From NCBI RefSeq assembly GCF_963921235.1, contig NC_086097.1, forward strand, positions 231,944,001 to 232,008,000: a stretch of 64,000 bases of DNA, given 5' to 3'. The notes below the pieces were generated by a model. It searched no databases. It saw only the letters and a list, made by a program, of their open reading frames with translations, and had not been told where the DNA came from. Below, one piece after another: positions 12,760 to 23,099 of the stretch (position 1 is its first letter; each line of letters opens with the position of its first letter). Position numbers and translations under genes: made by a program. Origin of the DNA: Mobula hypostoma (Eukaryota).

Positions 12760-13085
12760 TAATACTTCCCCTAAGCCGTCAGGTTGATCAACTCCTGTAC
12801 TCACTAACCCACCCTACTTCATTCCCCCCACCCTCCCACCACTACTTTATCATTTCCTGTCAGAGTCACCTTATGTATAGATACTCCTGTTTCTAGTGTC
12901 AGCTTATGGACATACAGGCAATCTATGTATATATATGAGATATTTATATGTGTTGTGTTTTTCTAAAGTTTATTGCATTTTTTCTGCTGCATTGAACCTG
13001 GAGTAACTATCATTTCATTCTTCTTTACACTTGAGTACTGAGAACTAACAATGAACAATTTTGAACTTAGATCTTGAACCTTGAA
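12760..13085 (+). mobile_element. Rex1/Babar-type 3' UTR remnant
   Basis: Degenerate SFFP-AVRL-N coding end, then a UTR and a (CTTGAA)n tail. Confidence 0.55.
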
Positions 13086-14346
13086 TTATCTACTGCAAGT
13101 ACTATTGGTGAAAGACAAAATCTGGCTGTTTTATTTGAGCTTTTTTATTAATGTGAAAGATTTAGTTAAAAGGTGCCTTGATTAATTTTAAAGATAATTA
13201 TCTGTTTGTTCCAGCCTTCATCATGCTGTCAAATAATGAAACAGTGGAGATAATAAATACTAATACCTTCTATTATATGTTCTCTATTGTGTTCCAAAAC
13301 ACAATGAAAATGAAAAGTTTTGCTAACAAATTAACCTTTGCAGTGACTTTTCACATTGTCATCGTGAAATGACGCACCTAATCATTTATAAGGCATGTAT
13401 TACTAAGATGTGCTTTCGACTCAACAATTCCCTGTTTCTTGCTGGTATCGGTCCTCAGACTCCCAGTGGGTGGAATAAGCTCGAAGGTTATGTAGAGCCA
13501 GGCCCCCAGGGGTCATGTATGGGTTGCTGCGTCTGGGCTTGGTCACCTCCTCCTCTGTATAGTGCGTGGAACTTTGGGCTACTCCATCTATGTGGTATGT
13601 CTGTGTAAACATCATTAGCCCGTACAGGCCGACACACTGTAAATTTCATTTGAGGTTACAAATTACTGTTCTCAGTAACAAAAATAACATATTTTAAATA
13701 CAGCACTCACTGCCAAAGGATGCATCTCTGATGTTTAATCTGAAGTCAGGGTTAGAAGGACCATTGTTTGGATTCCTGCTGGTTAATCAATTAATTTTGA
13801 CCAAAAAGTTTTGGAATAGTGAGAGAATTTAGGACAAGGAAAGATATTTTGAAGTTGAGTGTAATGTCAGTTCCATTTATTAAAGTGCAGTTTCATATGT
13901 TTTTACTAAAATATTTAGGTCCTGACCATCATCATTATCAATTTTGGCAATTAATAGAGGAGAGAATGACAGAACTATTTTAATTTTAAATGCATTTGGC
14001 CAGGCCTGCCTCATTTGTAAGTAAATGTCACACCATTACATACATGAACAATCAAGCAAGCATGTTTTCTGCCAAAGTTGTACAGCACTATCTCAGTGAA
14101 ATCCCTTCCAGACGTACACTTCAGAGAAGTGTCTGGCAAAAAACACTGACTCTCAGAGTGCTTCAGAACAGATATTTACTGGCACTTCAGAAACAGTAAG
14201 TGCATCCTCTATGCAACGCAGTTCTATGTGAAAACTTGCATTCCATTAATTCATGCTCTTATTGCCAAGCAGATTCTAGATCAAGTATGCACTCGGACTT
14301 TATTCCCATCTTATGAACTTCAGTGTTATTACCCATCTGCAAACTT

Positions 14347-14738
14347 TCAGAGTCAGAATCAGTTTAATGTCACTGGCATACATTGTGAAATTTGTAGACT
14401 TTGCATCAGCAGTACAATAATATAAAAAAATGTGAATTACAGTACGTTGTAAATAGTTAAATTTACTACGTAGTGCAAAAATAGAAATAAAAAAGTAGTG
14501 AGGTAGTGTTCATGGGTTAAGTGTCCATTTAGAAATCAGATGGCAGAACTCTTCCTCAGTCACTGAGTGTGTACCTTCTCCCTGATGGTAGCAATGAAAA
14601 CAAGGCATGACCTGGGTGGTTGGGGTCCTTAATGATGGACACCACCTTTCTGGGGCATCGTTCCTTGAAGGTGTTCTGGATACTATGGAGGCTAGTGCCC
14701 ATGATGGAGCTGACTAAGTTTACAACTCTCTTCAGCTC
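14347..14738 (-). mobile_element. Rex1/Babar 3' fragment
   Basis: Homologous to 4053-4520 and 22540-23030. Confidence 0.8.
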
Positions 14739-15591
14739 TCTTAATGCTTGTTGTTGGAAAGGTCAAGTCCTTCAGAGATTAAATCTGATAAACTGTTGTC
14801 GTTTGTTCCAATACTGGCACAAATAGTAACATTCCTATTTTCAAAGCCTTTGCCTTAAACAATAGAGTGGCAATTAATTTAAGCAACAGTTCTGAATTTC
14901 CTGTTTCATTATTCAATTAAGTAATGACTGCTTCACTCTAAGGAAAGGAAGTAACTAAAGTACAGTTCTCATTTTTATTACATTAACATAATATGTGCTT
15001 GAAGCAGATTGTGCTAAGTTATGGCAATGTGAAACTGAGCACTTTGATCAGAAGGAAATTATGTCTGTCATTTTTTCCTGTTTGAAAAGCAGTAATGTGG
15101 GAAATAAATCAGGCAAAAATCTTAAAGTGCCTGTCTCCACACTCGTCTGTTAGCGCCTACGTGCATTTCGAAATGTTCCAGTGAGATGGATAGGAGTGCG
15201 TGAATGACTATAAAAATGTACCTACATGCAGAATAAGTAAATGGTTCAACACTCACGAGCAAGATAACTGAACCGCTTCTTCCACTGAGTATCGTACTTC
15301 TAAATGTAAAAAAATCGAGCTCTCTTTAACTGGGAATTCAGGAGGTTGATTTGACTATCTCAGAGTTATGGACTCATACAGCACAGAAACAAGTCCCATT
15401 GCTGTTAAATGGTGAGAGAATTTAGGCCAAGAAAAGCAATAATGCAATTGAGTGGGATTGAATGCTATGTTCATTCTTAAGTTTTAAATCTCACATGTTT
15501 TAGGATCTGGACATGGTTATTATTGATTTTGACAATTAATTCAGAAAAGGATGACAGAACAATTTAAAACATATTTGCCTAGCCTCTTATA

Positions 15592-15933
15592 CCTCCAAGA
15601 GGACCTCAACGTTGTCATAGGGTTTGGAGTCTTTCGTGCCTCAATGACCTGGAGAGCGATGCTGGCTGGAGTCAGGGCCTTATGCTTTGGCTCTTGGTAG
15701 GGTCACGCATGCCGAACAGGTTAAAAGGTAGAGGACAGACTAAGAGTGGCCCACCAGTCCTCCAGGTTTGGGGGTTCAGCTCAGAGCTAATAACCCTGAC
15801 TGGTGACATAAAATTGTCATTGAAACGGCAAAGAGGAATCCTTCTATATCTGTGTTAAACAGTATGGACAGACAGAGACGGAGGACCTTCATTACTGCCC
15901 TAAACACCCGTGGCATAACGGGCAATAAGTAAG
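15592..15933 (+). mobile_element. Non-autonomous bipartite RTE (Rex3/Expander-like 5' UTR plus 3' tail)
   Basis: GGTAGGGTCACGCATG..AACAGGT and GTCCTCCAGGTTTGGGGGTT motifs; TAAGTAAG tail; possible TSD CTCTTATA/CTCTGATA; second copy at 53907. Confidence 0.72.
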
Positions 15934-16084
15934 ACTCTGATAATGATGTTAATTAATGCCACACTGTTAGTTTTCCATAGAACATTGCTTTCCATGGAAA
16001 GATCAACCTTTAATGTCCATCCACAATTACCCCAGATATGGAGAAATGTCTAAGAATCAGCTGTATTGGCAACTCTAGGATCAC

Positions 16085-16265
16085 CAAAGGGCCAGACCAG
16101 ATGAAAATGTCAGTTTTTCTTTCCTGTAAGACTTCAGTTAGCCAAATGGGTTTTGTAACGATCTAGTAGTTTCATTACCACCATAATATAATTGGGTAAA
16201 TTTAAATTCCCCTGCTGCAATAATGAAACTGGTATCATTTTTCAGATCAATGATCCAAGTGTTTA
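16085..16265 (-). mobile_element. Old tRNA-SINE remnant
   Basis: GGGCCAGACCAG..., AATGGGTTTT and AAATTTAAATTCC blocks resemble an old elasmobranch SINE as I recall it. Confidence 0.4.
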
Positions 16266-16289
16266 GACGGTACTTTAGGAAGCTAATCC

Positions 16290-16548
16290 TGAGGTGGTGT
16301 AACGGTTAGCACAATCACTTTACAGTGCCAGTGATTAATAATCGGGGTTTGATTCCGGTTGCCGTCTGTAAAGAACTTTTTTGTTCTACCCACAACCATG
16401 TCGGTTTCCAAAAAAAGTCAGTGAGCTGTGGCCATGCTATGTTGGTGTTGGAAGAATAGTGACACTTGCAGTTTGCATCGCATGCGATGCAGCAAATGAT
16501 GCATTTCACTGTATGTTTCGATTTTTCGATGTACATATGACAAATTAA
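16290..16548 (+). mobile_element. tRNA-derived SINE (V-SINE-like body, Rex-type tail)
   Basis: A box TGGTGTAACGG and B box GGTTTGATTCC, followed by a CTGTAAAGAAC body. Confidence 0.65.
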
Positions 16549-16549
16549 G

Positions 16550-19110
16550 TGTTCCCCTGATCCTCGGGCACACCCTTGGCTGTCCCAGCATAACCCCTCT
16601 GTGAACTGGAAGGAAGGGAGAATCAGTGCTTGGTCCACTTATTGTAAGAGGATGTGTTTGCAGCGTGGTGTTCCGACCGCTGGACTCTCCCGAGACCAAC
16701 AACCAGCAAGGGGACACACTTCAGTACAGGGGAACCTGAAGGGATCCAGCAGCTAGGTTCCACTGAAGGAAAGACTCCAAAACACAAACCCTTAGAGCCT
16801 GTAACTGGGGGCACAGGCACGCCCGTAACACTTTGTTGCCGTTGCCTACAGATATGAAGGATTCTGGTGAGACCTGGTGGTTGTCCGAACCACCCCTGCC
16901 ACCTAAGCAGCTTCAAGAGTCGACCTTGAAGAAGAATTCAGGCTTTTGCAGAGCTTCATATCAGCTCACATCTTGGTTTCACCAAACATGGACCTTCCAT
17001 TCCTTTTGGAGGTGGACACCTCAGACAGTGGAGTGGGCCCAGTCACCTTTGGACAGTAAACAGCACTCGTTCTCCAGGCAGCTATCCTGGCAGAGGGAAA
17101 CTATGATGCCTGGAATTGGGAGCTGCTCGCAGTTAAGTTGGCATTGGAGGAAGGGCGTCACTGGCTAGAGGGGGCCAACAACCCTTTTGTTCTCTCTACA
17201 GACCACAAGAACCTGGCTTATATTCAGGAGGCCAAGAGACTGAATTCCAGGCAGGCCAGGTCATCTCTTTTCTTTAAACATTTAAACTTTGTCCTGACCT
17301 ACTGTCTGGGGTCAAAGAATCAAAAGCAAGATACCTTGTCTGATCAGTTCAACAAATCCAAAGGAGAAGAACAGCTTACCACTGTTTTGCCCCAAGCTAA
17401 GGTGATAACGCCAATCCATTGTGGAATCGACAGCTTGTTCGCAAGGCCCAGGCATGTGGGGAGACTCCTGAGGATGGTCCTCCAAGTTAGCTGTTCCTCC
17501 CAAACTCCATCATGTCACAGGTACTCCAGTAGAGACGATCCTCGACAATGACCTCTCACCCAGGGTTTGCCAGGACCCGCATGTTCATCCAGAGAAGGTA
17601 TTGGTGGCCTGGAATGTCAAAAGAGATTCGAAAATACATGCAGGCATGCGAGGTATGCACCAAGAACAAGGAGCCCTGTACCCAGTCTCCAGGGCTCCTG
17701 CATCTTCTACCTGTTCCAGACAGACCATGGGGGCTCATCTCCGTGGACTTTGTCACCGTCTTCCCCTTCCAAGGTGAAAAGCATCATCATGGTAATTGCC
17801 GATCAGTTTTCAAAGGCCTTGAACAAGCTACCATCTGTGGCAGAAAGGGCTGAAATTGGCCTGGACCAGGTCTTCAAAATCTGTGGGTTTTTGGTGGATG
17901 TGGTCACGAATTGCAGTCCACAATTTGCATCACATTTCTGGAGGGCATTGTGTAAACTGACTGGGGCAACAGTAAGTCTCTCCTCTGGGTTCCACCCACA
18001 GTCCAATGGCCAGACTTAGAATGGCCAGACTCAATCCAGATTTAGAATGAAACCTAAGATGTCTGGCCTTAGAAAGACCTGATGAGTGGTGCAACCATTA
18101 GATGGGGGCAGAGGTCGCCCACAACACCTTACAGCATTTACTGCATGGGATGTCATCATTTGAGTACCAGTTTGGGTATTCTCCGCCACTCTTCTCGGAG
18201 CAGGAGGCCACCAACTCTGTAAGTATCTTGTCCAAAACTGCAAGCAGAAATGGTCTAGGGCAGGGGAGCTTTTGCTGGCCTTTACCCAGAAGGCGGAAGC
18301 CAAACTAATCGAAGGAGAAGACAGGGATCCGCCTTGCATCTGGGGAACAGGTCTGGCTGTCTACTCAGGATTAGCCTTTCCGGATGAGTGTAGAAATTTG
18401 GCGCCCAAGTTCATCGGACCCCTTCTAGGTCCTCAAGAAAGCAAACCCGGTGGCTTACACCCTGCAGCTCCCCAATACCATGAAGATCAAACCCACTTTC
18501 CACATCTCTAAATTAAACCTGTCAGCACCGGTCCCTTAGCCCCAACACCTTCAGCCCCGCCGCCACCCAGGTTTATCGATAGGGACCAGGTCTTCGTGCT
18601 GAGAAGACTTTTGGAGTCACAAGCTGTTCATTGTGTTCGGCTTCACCTCATAGACTGGGAAGAATTCAGACCCGAGGAGAGGCGCCGGGTGTCTGAAAGA
18701 GACGCTTTGGATCCAGCTCTCATCCACGACTACCATCACAGTCTCTCCAAGCAGCCAGGGCGGTCAGGAGTCGGCCGTGGAGGAGGGTGGTCCTTTTACG
18801 GGACGCACCCAACCACGCCAGCTTCCGGGGTTTAGACTTTCTAACTCTCCGGAGTACAGATAGCTGACGCGGCCCCTTTAAGGGGTTGGGACGATCCCGC
18901 TAATTGGCAATCATATTCTGGCACCAAGAATTCTGTATTTAAAGAGCATCTGAATGGATCCTCAGTGCTCAACTGTAAACTCTACTTGGATTTTCGTCTA
19001 GTGTCTTGTGAAGAAGTACTTACTTCAGTCTAGTATCGTGTCTCCATTCCTGCCTCGAATACTCCAGCCCTTGTATCCGAACCATCCTCGTCATGGTCTC
19101 TCATCGCATT
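16550..19110 (+). mobile_element. Gypsy/Ty3 chromovirus (sushi-like) LTR retrotransposon, decayed, RT core missing
   Basis: Protease tail (LG..WLSQHNPSVNWKEG), RNase H (LEVDTSDSGVG; TDHKNLAY; RLNSRQAR), integrase (SHPG..RYWWPGM..CEVC; RPWGLISVDFVT; FHPQSNGQT), chromodomain (LIDWEEFRPEE), purine tract ~18779-18790, then an LTR-like segment. Confidence 0.9.
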
Positions 19111-19627
19111 AAGCTAATCATATGATAACTGATGAATACGTTAGGCAACAAATTAATTCCTCACTGAAAGGCAGTTGTGGAACTGACATGTCTGTAAAAA
19201 GCCACATGGTGCTTGAACATTATTCTCATTGCTACCTTTATTGCACATCTTATCGCAAAGTTATTAAAAACAAATAGCATATTTTAATTCAGGTCCAGAT
19301 GTCACCAAATATGACCATAATTTTGTAGGCATTCACAATACAACAAGAAGTACAATAGAATTAATGAAAAACTAAACATAAACAAAGATTGACAACCAAC
19401 GTGCAATGTGTCAAAACTCCTCCCCTCAATAATAAATAAGTAATATTGAGAACTTTAGTTGTAGAGTCCTTGAAAGTGATTCCATAGATTGTGTTCCGTG
19501 ATCAGTTCATAGTGAAGTTGTCCACGTTGGTTCAGGAGCCTGGTGGCTGAGGGGTAATAACTGTTGCTGAACCTGGTGGTGTCGGGCCTAAGGCTCCTGT
19601 AGCTCCTTGAGGTGCACAGGAATCATA

Positions 19628-20680
19628 GGTACACCACAAGGCTGTGTGCTTAGTCTCCTGTTCTACTCACTTTACACTTATGACTGTGAGGCTAAACGTC
19701 TCTCCAATGCCGTATTCAAGTTTGCTGATGACACCATTGTCATAGGCTGGATCAAAGGTGGTGACGGATCAGCATAAGGAGGGAGATTGAAAACCTGGTT
19801 GAGTGGTGCCACAACAACAACCTCTCACTCAACGCCAGCAAGACCAAGGAGCTGATTATTGACTTCAGGAGGAGGAAACTGGTGGTCCATGAGCCAGTCC
19901 TCATCAGGGAATCAGAGGTGGAGAGGCTCTGCAACTTTGAGTTCCTCATTGTTATCATTTCAGAGAACCTGTCCTGGGCCCTGCACTTAAGTGCATTTAC
20001 CAAGAAAGGTTCGCAGTGCCTCTATTTCCTTCAGAGTTTGCAAAGATTTGCCGTGACAACTAAGACATTGACAAACTTCTATAGATGTGTGGTTGAAGGT
20101 AGGGAAAGATCAATGCCCTTGAATAGAAAATCCTATAAAAAAGTAGTGGATATGGCCCAATCCATCACAGGTAAAGCCTTCTCCAGCACTGAGCATATCT
20201 CCATGGAAGCAGCATCCATCACTAGGGACCCCGAATGCCCAGGGCATGCTCGCTTCTTGCTTCTGCCATCAGGAGGAAGGTACAGAAGGTTCAGGATCCA
20301 CACCACCAGGTTCAGGAACAGTCATTACCCCTCAATCATCAGGCTCCTGTTCCAGTACGGACAACTTTGCTCAACTTCACTTCCCCTGACTCTGCAATAC
20401 TCCCACAACCTATGGACTCACTTTCAAGGACTCTTCATCTCATTTTCTTGATATTTTTTGCTTAGTTATTATTATTACTATTACTTTTTTTCTCTCTCTC
20501 TTTTTCACATTTTGTTGTCTTTTACACATTGGTTGAATGCCCAGATGGTGCAGTTTTCATTGATTTCACTCTGGTTATTATTCGATTACGGATTTATTGA
20601 GTATGCCCGCGAGAAAATGAATCTCAGGATTGCATACGATGACACATAAGTACTTTGATAATAAATTTGCTTTGAATTTC
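19628..20680 (+). mobile_element. Rex1/Babar RT-3' fragment nested in a minus-strand Rex1 3' remnant (~19310-20810)
   Basis: QGCVLSP, FKFADD, KTKELIIDFRR and RFRNSHYPS motifs; the host CTCCT/AGCAAGAAGAGAGCATGGCC sequence resumes at ~20685. Confidence 0.85.
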
Positions 20681-21002
20681 CCGATTGTAGCAGCAAGAAG
20701 AGAGCATGGCCTAGATGGCGGGGGTCCTTGACGACGGATGATGCTTTACTGTGCCAGTGCTCTTTGTAGATGTGCTCAGTTGTGGTGAGGGCTTTTCTTG
20801 TAATGATTCTTGCATATTCTTTCTCAAACTATCAAGTACCCTAATCATAATTTAATGCAGATTGTTTTGAAATATATAACTTACGTGAGGCTTTCAGTAA
20901 AAATTCTTAATCCAATCACTTACTTAATTTAAAAATGTGTGAAATTAAAGTGGAAGTGAGAATTGTTCAAAACTCTGCTGAAGTCTCACTGTCTTTTTAA
21001 TT

Positions 21003-21678
21003 TTAGGAGCAGAATTAGGCCGTTTGGCCCATCAAGTGTTTTCTGCCATTTCATCATGGCTGATCCATTTTTCCTCTCAGCCCCAATCTCCTGCCTTCTC
21101 CCTGTATCTCTTCATGCCCTGACCAATCAAGAATCCATCAACCTCTGACTTAAATATTTGTAAACACTTGGCCTCTACAGCAGCCTGTGGCAATGAATTC
21201 CACAAATTCACCATTGGCTGAATAAATTCCGCCTCACCTCCATTCTAAAAGGACACCCCTCCATTCTGTCTCCTCTGGTCTTTGACTCTCCCACCATTGG
21301 AAACATCCTCTCCACATCCACTCTATCATGTCCTTTCACCATTTGATAGATTTAAATTAGGTCACCCCTCATTTTTCTGCATTCTATTGAATACAGGCCC
21401 AGAGCCATCATACACTCTTCTTCTGACAAGCCGTTCAATCCTGGAATCATTTTCATGAACCTCCTTTGAACCCTCTCCAGTTTCAGCACATCCGTTCTAT
21501 GATAAGGGGCCCAAAGCTGCTCACAATACCAAGTGAGGCCTCACCAGCGCTTTATAAAATCTGAACATTGCATCCTTGCTTTTATATTCTAGTCCTCTCA
21601 GAATGAATGCTAACATTGCATTTGCCTTCTTCACCACAGACTCAACCTGCAAGTTAACCTTTCAATAACCCTGCACAT
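21003..21678 (-). mobile_element. CR1 LINE 3' fragment
   Basis: Antisense of the KANAMLAFI..FYKALVRPHL coding region and the CR1 3' UTR. Confidence 0.88.
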
Positions 21679-22539
21679 TTTGCAAATGTCTCATTGGGGG
21701 ACACGATCCAGTTAGCAATTCGGAAAGCAGCATGGTGACACATTCTAGGTGGAGTTTAGTATAAACTGAGAATGACTTCAGTACAATCTCTTGTCAGACT
21801 CAGGGAACCCTTTGTGCTTCTGTTGTTATCTTTCTTCCTTTGCCTATATTTTTTTTCCAGCAGTCCGCCTACTTTGGATGGCACTGCATGCGACCTCTCT
21901 GCTCTCTGGGTGTGTAGTGTAAAACTGTTAGCTGGAAAAACTGCAATCAATCAATTAAAACTTTTATCACTGGGTGCAAAAGTAGGAAATGTTTCCACTG
22001 TTATTATTGCTTGTATTAAAAAGCATGAAAAAAATAAATGTTTTCAAAGGCACAATATTTCATTCAGTTTACTTAGGGTAATATAATCTTACGGACTGCT
22101 TAGGAACCTTTTACAATATTTCATAGCTTTTCTGAGCAAACTTTTATGAGGTGCCAAAGCATCCAAATGAAGGGAACTAAAATAACTCAACAAGATAAGT
22201 GATGGTTGTATAAACTTATGCCAGCTACATGTACACTGAGGGAGATTAACTGGTACCGTGGGTGAGGTTTTAATCTAAATTGGCAGGGGGAGGGGCAGGC
22301 GTTGGGGGGTGAAGAACTGAGGGGATAATAAAAGGTGTATTGGGAAGTGGAAATAAAGTACAGCATTAGAATATATAGTTCCAAAACAGATGGTATCAGG
22401 CAGGGAGAAATATGGCTGAGTAGCGATAGTGTTTCTTCTGAAATATGAGCACAATGAAAGCAGAGACTTGGTAGCGCAGCACAGAGTAGGTTAGAGCCAT
22501 TAAGCTGATGTTGAACTCTATTGCATCTTTACTGTAATT

Positions 22540-23030
22540 CAGAACCAGGTTTAATATCACCGGCATGTGCTGTGAAATGTGTTAACTTTATGGCAGTAGT
22601 GGAATGAAATACATGATAGATAAATATATAGAGAAAAACAGAGTTACATTAAGTATATATATGTCTGTTAAATAGTCAAGTAGTGCAAAATCAAAACAGA
22701 AATAAAAAGTAGCGAGGTAGTGATCATGGGTTCAATGCCCATTCAGAAATCTGATGGCAGAGGGGAAAAGGCTGTTCCTGAATCATTGAGTGTGTGCCTT
22801 CGGGCTCCTGTGCCCCTCTCCGATGGCTGCAATGAGAAGAGGGCATGTCCTTGGTGGTGAGCATCCTTAATGATGGACACCATCTTCCTAAGGCACCTCT
22901 TCTTGAAGACGTCTTGGATACTACAGAGGCTGGTACCCATGACAGAGCTGAATAATTTTACAGACTTCTGCAAGTTACTTCTATCTTGTGCAGCGGCCCC
23001 CCGCCCCCATACCAGATGATGATGCAGCTA
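22540..23030 (-). mobile_element. Rex1/Babar 3' fragment
   Basis: Minus peptide KLFSSVMGTSLCSIQDVFKKRCLRK; tail at 22540. Confidence 0.85.
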
Positions 23031-23099
23031 GCCTGTATTCACCATGGAGCATTCACCATTAATTCACCATACCATGCAGCAATAACATGGAGCAAATTA

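Noticed and set aside
16474..16491. 18-bp perfect palindrome TGCATCGCATGCGATGCA
   Set aside because: It lies within a SINE at a probable deletion/repair scar, with no evidence of function.
21772..22086. Strong plus-strand polypyrimidine/AG at 21860 and overlapping ORFs on both strands
   Set aside because: Donors are weak; the LDGTAC resemblance to ADAMTS motifs lacks the flanking residues.
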